Assembly (NCBI GenBank): GCA_963834385.1
Contig: CAWIBO010000005.1
Coordinates: 608,001 to 672,000 of the forward strand
DNA from: an uncultured Verrucomicrobiae bacterium
GTDB taxonomy: Bacteria; Verrucomicrobiota; Verrucomicrobiia; Chthoniobacterales; UBA10450
DNA: 64,000 nucleotides
Reading direction: 5' to 3'
The number at the start of each line of letters is the position of its first letter. Within the stretch, counting starts at the first letter, position 1. Under the pieces are notes generated by a model. It was not told where the DNA came from, did not search any database, and worked only from the letters and a program-made list of their open reading frames with translations. Positions 9,998 to 21,033 of this stretch are shown here, piece by piece. The translations under genes were made by a program, and so were the position numbers.

Positions 9998-11395
9998 ATG
10001 AAGGCGTCGCCCCGGCTCGTCCTCATCATCGACGACGAACGCCCGATCCTGCTCACGCTGGACGCCCTGCTCAAGCGACACGGCTACGAAACGGAGACGG
10101 CGGCCACGGCTGCGGCCGGGCTTCGCGCGATCAAGAGCAAAGGCCCGGGCCTGGTCCTGCTCGATCTCCAGCTGCCTGACGCCGACGGCCTGCAGATGCT
10201 CGAGCAGATCAAGAAGGAACATCCCGAGACGCAGGTGATCATCCTGACGGCGCACGATTCGTTGAGCAACGCCATCGAGTCGATCAAGAAGGGCGCCTAT
10301 CATTTTATCAGCAAACCGTATGCGCCGGAGGAGCTGCTTTCCCTGGCCGAGAAGGCCCTGGAGAAACAGTCACTCCTGCGCGAGACCGAGGAGCTGCGCG
10401 AAAAGACGCTCGCCCTGCAGAAGCGCCTCGAGCTAGCCGAGACCAGGCTGGCCCCGATTTTCCAAAGCAAATCCATGGGCGAGATCGACGAGCTGATCAC
10501 GGCCATGGCCCCCTCGGAAGCGAATGTGCTCGTCACGGGCGAGAGTGGCGTGGGCAAGGAGGTCATCGCCAACGTCATCCACAGCCGCAGCCTGCGGGCC
10601 ACCAAGCCGATGGTGAAGTTGAACTGCGCGGCTTTTCCCCAGGCCATGATCGAATCCGAGCTTTTCGGCTATGTGAAAGGAGCGTTCACCGGGGCCACCC
10701 AGGATTTCCGGGGCATGATTGCGGAAGCGTCCGGCAGCACCCTGTTCCTCGACGAGATCTCCGAGATGCCGCCGGATTTGCAAACCCGGTTTCTCCGCGT
10801 GCTCCAGGAGCGCGAATATCGCCCGCTCGGCAGCACGAAAACCCTGAAGGCCGATTTCCGGGTCATCGCCGCAACGAACCGGCCGATCCAGCAGGCGCTC
10901 GCGCAAAACCAGCTCCGCTCCGATCTTTATTATCGCCTGAACACCTTCCAGATCGAGATTCCCCCGCTGCGGGAACGCCGCGAGGACATTCCGCCGCTGG
11001 TCTCAAATTTCGTGAAACGCTTCGCCCATCAGCTCGGGAGGCCGGAGCCGGAGATCTCGGGGGATGCCTTCCAGAAGCTCCTCGAATATTCCTGGCCCGG
11101 GAATGTGCGCGAGCTGCAAAACGCCATCGAGTATGCGGTGGTGCTGGCCCGCAACAACGTCGTGTCGATCAAGGAACTGCCGGCGGAGGTCCAGCTCCCG
11201 GTCGCGCTTCAGCAGGTCGAGCGCGCGAACGGCCACGCCGCCGGGGTGCAAAGCCTCGACGACCTCGAGCGGAATGCCATTCTCCAGGCCCTCGCTCAAT
11301 CCCACGGCAACAAGAAAAAGGCAGCCGAACTGCTCGGCATCCAGCGCCCCACGCTTTACAACAAGATGAAGCGCTACGCGATTGACCTCCGCTGA
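9998..11395 (+). CDS. Sigma-54-dependent response regulator (REC-AAA+-Fis HTH, NtrC/AtoC family)
   Basis: REC (IIDDE, LLDLQLP, SKP), GESGVGKE, GAFTGA, LFLDEI, WPGNVREL, C-terminal HTH. Confidence 0.95.
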   Translation: MKASPRLVLIIDDERPILLTLDALLKRHGYETETAATAAAGLRAIKSKGPGLVLLDLQLPDADGLQMLEQIKKEHPETQVIILTAHDSLSNAIESIKKGAYHFISKPYAPEELLSLAEKALEKQSLLRETEELREKTLALQKRLELAETRLAPIFQSKSMGEIDELITAMAPSEANVLVTGESGVGKEVIANVIHSRSLRATKPMVKLNCAAFPQAMIESELFGYVKGAFTGATQDFRGMIAEASGSTLFLDEISEMPPDLQTRFLRVLQEREYRPLGSTKTLKADFRVIAATNRPIQQALAQNQLRSDLYYRLNTFQIEIPPLRERREDIPPLVSNFVKRFAHQLGRPEPEISGDAFQKLLEYSWPGNVRELQNAIEYAVVLARNNVVSIKELPAEVQLPVALQQVERANGHAAGVQSLDDLERNAILQALAQSHGNKKKAAELLGIQRPTLYNKMKRYAIDLR

Positions 11396-11459
11396 CCGCG
11401 TTGAGGTGTGCGGCTCCCGACATGGCGCCCCGCGTGGGCGCGGCTAAGTTGAGGCATCC

Positions 11460-14213
11460 ATGCCGGCCCATCTCCAGAAAGTCCAGGCCCACGCCGAGCG
11501 CGAGCTGATCGCCGTCGGCGCCGGCCAGCCGGCCGAGGTTCTCGCTTCTTACCGACGCTTTCGCAAGGTGGAGGAACACCGCCTGCGCCTCAAGCACCAG
11601 GCCGGGGGGAGCGGTCGCGAAATCTGCCTGCGGCGCGCCAACCTGATCGACGTGATCCTCGGACACGTTTTCCCCGCCGCCATGACGACCGCGGGGGCTG
11701 ATCCCGAACAGGACCTTGCCCTTTACGCGATCGGCGGCTACGGCCGCGGCGAGCTGAACCCGTCGAGCGATATCGACATCATGTTCCTGCACCAGGCGCA
11801 TTCGAGCGGCGTGCCGCAGAAAATCACCGTCGCGATCGAGAAGGTTCTTTATCTGCTCTGGGACATCGGGTTCAAGGTGGGCCATTCCACGCGCTCGTCC
11901 GCCGAGGCCATCGCCCTGGCCAATTCCGACATGCTGACAAAGACCGCGCTGCTGGAGTCGCGCTTTGTCGCGGGAGACAGAAAGCTGGGCCGCCTTTTTC
12001 GTGACCAGTTCCGCGACCACTGCATCCGGGGGTTCGAGCGCGAGTATATCGAGCAGCGGCTGGAAGACCAGGCGGGCCGCCACGGCAAGTTCGGCAACAG
12101 CGTCTACATGCAGGAACCGCACGTGAAAAACGGCTGTGGCGGCCTGCGCGATTACCAAAATCTGCTTTGGATGACCTATTTCCGGGATGGCGAACTTTCC
12201 ACCACTCCCCTCGTGGGCCGCTCCTGGCTCAGCGAACCTGACCGGCGCCAGCTCGATCGTGCCTATGATTTTCTGCTCCGGGTCCGGACCGACCTTCATT
12301 ACGTCACGGGCAGGGCCACCGATGTGCTCCACCTGAGCCAGCAGGAGCAGCTCGCTCGGCGCCTGCAACCGGCGCGGCGCGGCCGCCTCCTGCAGAGCGA
12401 GTCGTTCATGCGGGACTACTACGGCCACACCCGCAACATTTTCCGGGTCACGGAGCGCATCACTGCCCAGTTTTCGCGCGGGGCGGCCTCCGGGCGTCTC
12501 CGCGCCCTTCTCGATTTCCTTCCTCGTGTGCGCGCGACTGAGACACGGCTGGGCGCCTTCATTAGCAGCGCCGGGGAGCTGGCGCTGGCCAGGCCGGAAG
12601 CGCTCCAGGAAAATCCGGAACTTTTGATGGAGGGGTTCGAGGTCATCCAGGAACACAATCTTTCCCTGAACCCCGAGCTGGAAGCGGCCTACGCACGAGC
12701 TCTTCCCCGGGTCACCCGCTCCTACCAATATGCGCCGGCTCCGCGTGACCTTTTCAAAAAGATGCTCAGCCGGAAAGGCGAGGTCGCCCGCGTTCTCCGG
12801 CATATGCATCGGGTTGATTTCCTGGGCCGATACCTGCCGGAGTTCGGCCAGCTCACCTGCCTGGTGCAGCATGAATTTTTTCATCGTTACACCGCAGACG
12901 AGCACACGCTTGTCTGCCTCGACAAGCTTGATGCCCTGACCGTGACCGAGGAGCCGAAACTCCTCCCTTACCGGAAGCTTTTTGAAACGCTCGAGAATCC
13001 CCTGGTCCTTTACCTGGCCCTGCTGCTCCACGACACCGGGCGTGCCGTGCGCGCGCATCCGCATGCGGAAGCCAGCGCTGTCTTCGCCCAGCGGGTGGCC
13101 AACCGCCTGCAACTGCCTCCGGCAGACCGGCGCTCCCTGGTCCTGCTGGTCGACCATCACATCACCCTCTCCAAGATGGCGCAGCATCGGAACCTCGATG
13201 ATCCGCAGACCGCCATCGAGTTTGCCGGCATCGTCCGGGACCAGCGGAACCTCGACGCGCTCATGTTGCTGACCCTGGCCGACGGGCAGGGCACGAGCGC
13301 CGAAGGCTGGTCCGACTGGAAAGAGACGCTGGTCTGGGAGCTTTACCACGCGACCACGCAGTATTTTACCGACCAGGCCGCGTTCTTCGAGGCGCGCCGC
13401 ATCGAGCGGGAGGAACTGCAACGCGAAGTGTCCGCCCTGCTTGCGCCTGACTTCGCCGATGAGATCGAGGCCCACTTCGAGCATATGCCCGACAATTACC
13501 TGCGCGCTTTTCCGCCGCCCGCCATTGCGCAGCACCTGCGTCTCTGCCGCACCTATCTCGCCAACGTCTACACGAAAGGTCATTCCCCCCTGGTCCCGGC
13601 ACTGCACTGGGAAGCCTTTCCGCGCGAAGGTTCAAGTGTGGTGGCCTTTTGCAGCATTGATCGCCCGCAACTGCTGGCGAAGATCGCCGGCTCCTTTTCG
13701 ATCATTCCGCTCAACATTCTCAGCGCCGATATTTACACCCGGGGCGACAGCCTGGTGCTGAACGTTTTCCGCGTCTGCACCAGCCGCGGCGAGGCCGTCA
13801 GTGACGCGTCCGACATTGCGAAGGTGGAGATGACGCTGGGGACCGCCCTGGAAGACAACCGCTTTGAGTTCGGCCCGGTCCTGAAGCGGGCCCGCCGGCG
13901 TCGCGCAACCGTGCTGGCCGGCGACATCGATTTTCCCACGCGGATCAGCGCGGACAACCGGGCGCACCCGGGCTACACGCTGCTGCACGTTGAAACGCCG
14001 GATCGCCTCGGGCTTCTCTTTGATCTGCTGGCCTGTCTTGACCGCGAGGGCGTTTACATCGCCTTTTCGCGCATCAGCACCGAGAAAGGAGCGGCCATCG
14101 ACACCTTTTACATTCTCGACAGCCGGACCCGGGCAAAGATCACCGAGCAGGGCCGGATTGCCTCCCTGCAAAACAGTCTGCAGGCGGCGATCGAGCCGGC
14201 GGCGGCGCGCTGA
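11460..14213 (+). CDS. glnD: [Protein-PII] uridylyltransferase
   Basis: AIGGYGRGELNPSSDIDI, KNGCGGLRD, FHRYTADEH, LLHDTG HD domain, two C-terminal ACT domains. Confidence 0.95.
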   Translation: MPAHLQKVQAHAERELIAVGAGQPAEVLASYRRFRKVEEHRLRLKHQAGGSGREICLRRANLIDVILGHVFPAAMTTAGADPEQDLALYAIGGYGRGELNPSSDIDIMFLHQAHSSGVPQKITVAIEKVLYLLWDIGFKVGHSTRSSAEAIALANSDMLTKTALLESRFVAGDRKLGRLFRDQFRDHCIRGFEREYIEQRLEDQAGRHGKFGNSVYMQEPHVKNGCGGLRDYQNLLWMTYFRDGELSTTPLVGRSWLSEPDRRQLDRAYDFLLRVRTDLHYVTGRATDVLHLSQQEQLARRLQPARRGRLLQSESFMRDYYGHTRNIFRVTERITAQFSRGAASGRLRALLDFLPRVRATETRLGAFISSAGELALARPEALQENPELLMEGFEVIQEHNLSLNPELEAAYARALPRVTRSYQYAPAPRDLFKKMLSRKGEVARVLRHMHRVDFLGRYLPEFGQLTCLVQHEFFHRYTADEHTLVCLDKLDALTVTEEPKLLPYRKLFETLENPLVLYLALLLHDTGRAVRAHPHAEASAVFAQRVANRLQLPPADRRSLVLLVDHHITLSKMAQHRNLDDPQTAIEFAGIVRDQRNLDALMLLTLADGQGTSAEGWSDWKETLVWELYHATTQYFTDQAAFFEARRIEREELQREVSALLAPDFADEIEAHFEHMPDNYLRAFPPPAIAQHLRLCRTYLANVYTKGHSPLVPALHWEAFPREGSSVVAFCSIDRPQLLAKIAGSFSIIPLNILSADIYTRGDSLVLNVFRVCTSRGEAVSDASDIAKVEMTLGTALEDNRFEFGPVLKRARRRRATVLAGDIDFPTRISADNRAHPGYTLLHVETPDRLGLLFDLLACLDREGVYIAFSRISTEKGAAIDTFYILDSRTRAKITEQGRIASLQNSLQAAIEPAAAR

Positions 14214-14267
14214 GGCGCCTGTATTCCACTGGCCGATTGGCCGGCCCCGGCTACCATGCTACCCGCA

Positions 14268-15017
14268 ATGAACGTTCTTATTCTCGCCGCCGGTTACGCC
14301 ACCCGCCTTTACCCGCTCACGGAGAACAAGGCCAAGCCCCTGCTCGAGGTTGCAGGCAAGCCGATGATCGAATGGGTGCTGGACAACCTCGCCCCGGTGC
14401 CCGGGCTCGGCGTCATCTACGTGGTGACAAACAACAAGTTCGCCCGGGACTTCGAGGCCTGGGCGGAACAATACCGTGCGCGGCAACCGCGGATGTCCTT
14501 CAAGATCATCAACGACGGCTCGACCAGCGACGACGACAAGCTGGGCGCGATCGGCGACATCAACCTCGTGATCACGCGCGAGAGCCTGAGCGGTGATGAT
14601 CTGCTGGTGGTGGCGGGTGACAACCTTTTCAGCGAACCGCTCACCGGATTCGTGGAGGCGGCGCGGCAATCCGATGCCCTCCTGGCCACCTATGACGTAG
14701 GCGACCTGGAAGCGATCAGGAAATACAGCAGCATCAGCGTGGACGGCGACGGCGTGATCACCGAGTTCGAGGAGAAGCCGGCCGATCCGAAGAGCACCAT
14801 CACCGGCATCGCGCTCTACTATTTCTCGCGCAAGGTCGTCCCGATGTTTACCACCTACGTCGTGGCCGGAAACAACCCGGACCAGCCCGGCCGCTTCGTC
14901 CAGTGGCTCTACCGCCGGCAACCGGTTCGCACCTTCCAGATCAAGGGCACCTGGTTCGATATCGGGAGCCGGGAAACGCTGGAAGAAGCCAACCGGATTT
15001 TTGCCGACTTTAAGTAG
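14268..15017 (+). CDS. Sugar-phosphate nucleotidyltransferase family protein
   Basis: ILAAGYATRLYPLT..KPLL, AGDNLF, FEEKP and WFDIGS motifs. Confidence 0.88.
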   Translation: MNVLILAAGYATRLYPLTENKAKPLLEVAGKPMIEWVLDNLAPVPGLGVIYVVTNNKFARDFEAWAEQYRARQPRMSFKIINDGSTSDDDKLGAIGDINLVITRESLSGDDLLVVAGDNLFSEPLTGFVEAARQSDALLATYDVGDLEAIRKYSSISVDGDGVITEFEEKPADPKSTITGIALYYFSRKVVPMFTTYVVAGNNPDQPGRFVQWLYRRQPVRTFQIKGTWFDIGSRETLEEANRIFADFK

Positions 15018-15023
15018 ACCCGG

Positions 15024-15458
15024 TCACTTGAGACGGCCTTCGTCAAATTCGATCAGGTCGAAGTAGGTCCGGATATCCTTGCGCTCGCTCCCGCCGGCTT
15101 CCTTGAGAAAATGCAGGAAGCGGGCCCGCTTGGCCGCGGTGTCCGGTGTGCGCGAGACCATGGCCCGGTTCCACTCGTCGATTTCCTCAGGGGAATGGCG
15201 CGCGGCCCGTTCCTCCACCCAGCGGAGAACGGCTTCATCACTCTCCAGCCGGTTGGCCGCCTCCTCGAAGTCATCGCCATCGATCCGGAGAAAAGCGAGG
15301 AGATGTTTGTCGAACCCGACCGTTTTGTAATTGTAGCCGTCGAGCAGGCCGCGCCGGTGCAGCCGCGCCTTGTCGATCAGCCGGGGAAGATGAACGTAGC
15401 CCCCGAGCTTGTCGTAGGGACTGCGTGGTCGCAGCTTCTGCTTCACCCCGGGGAGCAA
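15024..15458 (-). CDS. DUF5069-like protein
   Basis: PRSPYDKLGGYVHLPRLIDKAR..FLRI..IDEWN..TYFDLIEFDEGR; paralogous to 63063-63509. Confidence 0.8.
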   Translation of the reverse strand: MLPGVKQKLRPRSPYDKLGGYVHLPRLIDKARLHRRGLLDGYNYKTVGFDKHLLAFLRIDGDDFEEAANRLESDEAVLRWVEERAARHSPEEIDEWNRAMVSRTPDTAAKRARFLHFLKEAGGSERKDIRTYFDLIEFDEGRLK

Positions 15459-15462
15459 AGAC

Positions 15463-16326
15463 TCAGGCCGCCGGGAGCGGCGCGGTCAGAACCAGCTCAC
15501 CCGTTTCCGCAACCGGGTTGATCGGTTTCGCGCTTTCCGGGAGCAGTTCGGCCTGCTTGAGGGATTTGCTGCCAATCACGAGCTGCCCGGTAAAGATTCC
15601 GCCTTTCTCCACCGAGATGGCCCGGGCCGCGACGTCGCCGTCGAGCGAGCCGTTCTTGCGGATGATCACCTCGGTGTCCGCCGTGATCTCGCCGGCCATG
15701 CGGCCCTTGATCTCGATGCTGCGGACGGTGAGGCGGCGGAAAAACTGAACCTCGGCCCTGCGCTCGACCACCACCTGGCCGGCGGTGAGGCGCCCGAGGA
15801 TTTTGCCGGAATAATTAATCGTGGCGGTTTCCTCGCAGGTGAGGTTGCCGCGCAACTTGCCTTCCACCAGGGCCGACCGGCAAATGACGATGTTGCTGCT
15901 GAGATCGCCCCGGGAGGTGACATGGACATCACCATGCGTCCGGATCTTCCGGCTGAAGCTGGTGGTGATCTTGTAATCCTTCAGGTCAATGTGCGCGCTG
16001 CACTTCGGGCAGATGGTCGAATCGGCCGCGCCACTGACTTCCTGCGGTGTCCGGCATTCAAAACATTTCACCACGCTGCTGCGCTGCGGCTTCCAAAGCC
16101 CTTCCAGCCTTCCCAGGATTGAGGAATCGGCCGCGGCCACTTCGGCCGCCGCCGGTTCGTTCAACTTCGATTTCGCCAGCCGGACGGCCGGCTGCTTGGG
16201 CGCGGCGGGCACGTAATGACTGCCGCACTGGCGGCACATCGTGCTCTTGGCCGCGGCGTAGTCCATCTGCTTAAAGCCGCAGTGCGGACATTCCACACTG
16301 ACTTTTGCAGGAGAACTGTGGGCCAC
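15463..16326 (-). CDS. Zinc-ribbon-containing bactofilin (polymer-forming cytoskeletal protein)
   Basis: Four CxxC pairs (CPHC, CRQC, CFEC, CPKC) followed by an extended bactofilin beta-helix ending ISVEKGGIFTG. Confidence 0.82.
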   Translation of the reverse strand: MAHSSPAKVSVECPHCGFKQMDYAAAKSTMCRQCGSHYVPAAPKQPAVRLAKSKLNEPAAAEVAAADSSILGRLEGLWKPQRSSVVKCFECRTPQEVSGAADSTICPKCSAHIDLKDYKITTSFSRKIRTHGDVHVTSRGDLSSNIVICRSALVEGKLRGNLTCEETATINYSGKILGRLTAGQVVVERRAEVQFFRRLTVRSIEIKGRMAGEITADTEVIIRKNGSLDGDVAARAISVEKGGIFTGQLVIGSKSLKQAELLPESAKPINPVAETGELVLTAPLPAA

Positions 16327-16350
16327 GGAGCGCTCTGCCGGATAAGGATT

Positions 16351-16914
16351 CTAGCCGCGGGCCGCGAACGCCGGTTTGGGCGATCCGGAATCTTCGTTGC
16401 GCACCACTTCCGGGCGCGGAGCCGCGCTCGGGATCTTGCCGCTGGCCACTTCGGATTTGCCGATAAAGGTGGCGCCTTCCTCGATCACGAGGCGGGCCGC
16501 CTTCAGGTCACCCTGCAGGGTGCAGCGCGATTTCAATTCGCAACGCTCGCCCACCGTGATGTTGCCCTGGACCTTGCCATAGACCGTGATCGACTTGGTT
16601 TTGATTTCGCCGCGAATGTCCGCGTTCTCGCCAATCGTCAGCACGCCGTCGGAATGGATTTCGCCTTCCACCTTGCCGTCAATGAGCAATTCTTTCTGGA
16701 ACTTGATCGAGCCTTTGATTTCCACGTCGCTCGAAAGGACGTCTTTGCCTGAATGGTCGGCCATAATGTTTCTGCTACTGCTGGTTGATGTTGTGGGTGC
16801 TGTTGATTTGATTTCAGGGCGGCTATCCGGCCGCTCTTTCTCCCCTTCGCCGGCGCTCGGCGATCCTTCACTGATCGGCGAGACAGACTTCTGCGGGATG
16901 AATTTTTTCAACAC
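16351..16914 (-). CDS. Bactofilin (CcmA family)
   Basis: VEIKGSI..LLIDGKVEGEI..ITVYGKVQGNI..LVIEEGATFIG. GTG start at 16914 is supported by the promoter; alternative ATG at 16764. Confidence 0.9.
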   Translation of the reverse strand: MLKKFIPQKSVSPISEGSPSAGEGEKERPDSRPEIKSTAPTTSTSSSRNIMADHSGKDVLSSDVEIKGSIKFQKELLIDGKVEGEIHSDGVLTIGENADIRGEIKTKSITVYGKVQGNITVGERCELKSRCTLQGDLKAARLVIEEGATFIGKSEVASGKIPSAAPRPEVVRNEDSGSPKPAFAARG

Positions 16915-16919
16915 GCGCC

Positions 16920-16948
16920 ATTATTGAGAGATCGCCCCGCCCTGTCAA
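16920..16948 (-). promoter_or_regulatory. Sigma-70-type promoter for the bactofilin operon
   Basis: TTGACA-N17-AATAAT, 5 nt upstream of the GTG at 16914. Confidence 0.65.
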
Positions 16949-16974
16949 CGCAATCTCCGGGAGAACTTTTAGTT

Positions 16975-18586
16975 TTAAGGAAAATTTTGCGCGCTGTATA
17001 GCTTTTTTGTCCCATTTTGTCCGACCAGCCGAAGAAAAATGGGCGCCCGCCCGGGCTGGCGGGCCAGGATCCCGGCCATGGCCCCGGAGGGCGCCGGGCC
17101 CCCGCTCAAGGCCGCGGCGTTTTCCAGCACCCAGTCGGCCGGCCCCGCCATCACCCAGGCCACCCCGCGTCCCCGCAGGATCGCCTCCGCTTTCCCCGGG
17201 TTCTCCGTAAGGAAGAACTCGGCCGTGGCGAGAATGCCGGGGAGGCTTTCGTGCGAACTGCCGGCCACCCCGGGCTGCCCCGACCAGTAGGCCACAGCCG
17301 GGCTTTCCCACCACGGCGCCAGAAACGGAAGGGTCTGCCCGCTCCTCATCGCCTCCGCCATCTGCCTCGTGTCGCGTGCATCGGCCAGGACCAGGGCGCG
17401 TCGGGCCGATTCTTCCGGGCCGGGCCAAAGCTGGCGGTCCCAGCCGGCGAAGAACGGAAGAAAAGCCAGAAGCACGGCCGGGAGAATGGTTAATGGCCGT
17501 CGGACCGCCTGCAGCAGGACCGGAAGAAGGAAAGCCAGAAGAAGAAGAGCGAACCCGGCCCAGCGCGCCTGCGCCGCCGCCATTGTCCAGGATAAGAAGA
17601 ACAGGATGAAAAGCGCCGGCGGACCGGGCAGCCTTCGTTTCCACGCGAGCACGAGCATGAGCAAAAGAGCGAAGGGAAACAGCCAGCCTGCCCACTCGCG
17701 CCAGACAGGATCCCAGGGCAGCACCGGGGCGAGCTCCTCGATGGCGCCGGCCCAGCGCCGAAAGGCAGCGTCTCCCAGCGGAAGGGAGAATGACGCCCGC
17801 CGCTCGATCGCCAGACCCAGCAGGAGGACACCCCCGAGAACCCCCCAGCCCAGTCGCCGGCCGGCACCGAAAAGTTGGTTTCTCCGGAAAACAAGATGGG
17901 CCAAGAGGAGCCCGAGGAGAAGGACGGCGGGTTCGTAGAACGAGACCCAGAGCGCCATGCCCCAGGCGATGCCGCTGAGGATGGCCCAGAGTCGCGTGGG
18001 CGTTTCGGACAGTCGGAGTTCGGCCACCAGGGCAAGGGTGACAAGCGCAATGAGCAGCCCATGGTGGTCGGGTCGACCCAGCGCTCCGGCGTGGGCCAGG
18101 ATGGGGCTCGTCGGCAAACAGGAGCAGGGCCGGCCACCGCTGGTGAAAAGCGAACCGCAGGGTCCAGGGCCAGAAGATAAGACCGGCCATCAGCGACAGC
18201 AGCGGCGAGACAATGGCACCCGCCAGATCAAGCCAGCCGGCGGTGAATGGCCGCAGCGCCGCTCCTGTCCCGACAATCAAATAATCGAGCGGCGCGGTGG
18301 TGTGCGGCGTAATGCCGGCCGGATGATTCTCGAAGTCGTGATGCCGGATGACGAGGCCGGGAGTCTCCGCGCAAAGCCGGGCGCGGGTCATTCGGGCATA
18401 ACAATCACCATCGACAAAAAAAACGCGGCCGGCGTGGAACACTTCCGGATGGTTCGCCACCCGTGCGCCCAGGAGGAGAAGAAGAAACCCGAGCATCTCG
18501 AGGGCCAGCAGGAAATGGCGGGCCTGCCTGCGCCAGTCGACATGGGAAGGGATCGGCACGGTTTTGCTTTGGAATTCGCCTGTCAC
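16975..18586 (-). CDS. STT3/AglB/PglB-like GT-C membrane glycosyltransferase; one frameshift near 18113
   Basis: Joined frames give a multi-TM protein with DGDCYARMTR, FENHPAG..APLDY, GRPDHH, AIEELAP and LAPWWESP..AEFF..AEAIL..VAWV in the order expected for STT3 enzymes. Confidence 0.7.
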
Positions 18587-18617
18587 GCCATGGTCGCGGA
18601 GGCTGCGCCGCGGCGGC

Positions 18618-20546
<1,929 letters not shown>

Positions 20547-20562
20547 GGGCGAGCCGGATTGT

Positions 20563-21021
20563 TCAGCAACGGTCGTGCAACTGGGCGCGCAGGTAACCCT
20601 CGATATCCGCGGCCGGGGCTTTTCGCAAAACATGCTCCAGCCACGCTTCCCTCTCGAAAGCGAGCAGGCGCAGATCCCAGACACAACCAACCGGGCCGCC
20701 CGCCGGCGCGGGCACCAGCGCGGTCGGGTCGTCCACCGCCGAAACGAAGAGATGCTGCATCAGTTCGTTTTCGTTCGCCCAATAATCGAGAAAAACGAAG
20801 TTGCTGTCGCGTCCGTCGTGCACGCCGAGAAAACCCACCCCATGATGCGGCTGCCCGACCTGGGGCAGAATGTGCGTGGCCACCCTGAGCGCGGCCTCGA
20901 CCAGCTCCAGCCGCGGCTCCTCCCGTTCGTAGGCGATCCCGTAGATCTTGATTTGAAAACCCGCGATCGTCCGCAGCTCAAGGAACCGGATCGGCCGCTT
21001 CGCATAGGCGCGGAAGTCCAC
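20563..21021 (-). CDS. Hypothetical protein
   Basis: Fills the gap between fahA and the kef gene on the same strand; protein-like sequence (WANENEL, CVWDL..FEREAW). Confidence 0.7.
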   Translation of the reverse strand: MDFRAYAKRPIRFLELRTIAGFQIKIYGIAYEREEPRLELVEAALRVATHILPQVGQPHHGVGFLGVHDGRDSNFVFLDYWANENELMQHLFVSAVDDPTALVPAPAGGPVGCVWDLRLLAFEREAWLEHVLRKAPAADIEGYLRAQLHDRC

Positions 21022-21033
21022 CCCGGGTTCTCC

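Noticed and set aside
11169..13607. 812-aa minus-strand ORF and similar long antisense ORFs (18717-20888, 54553-56352, 61582-63066, 41195-42628)
   Set aside because: Shadow frames opposite well-supported genes, expected at this GC content; no recognisable motifs.
20547..20690. N-terminal extension of the Kef ORF
   Set aside because: Overlaps the upstream hypothetical gene; Kef-like sequence starts at ATG 20546.
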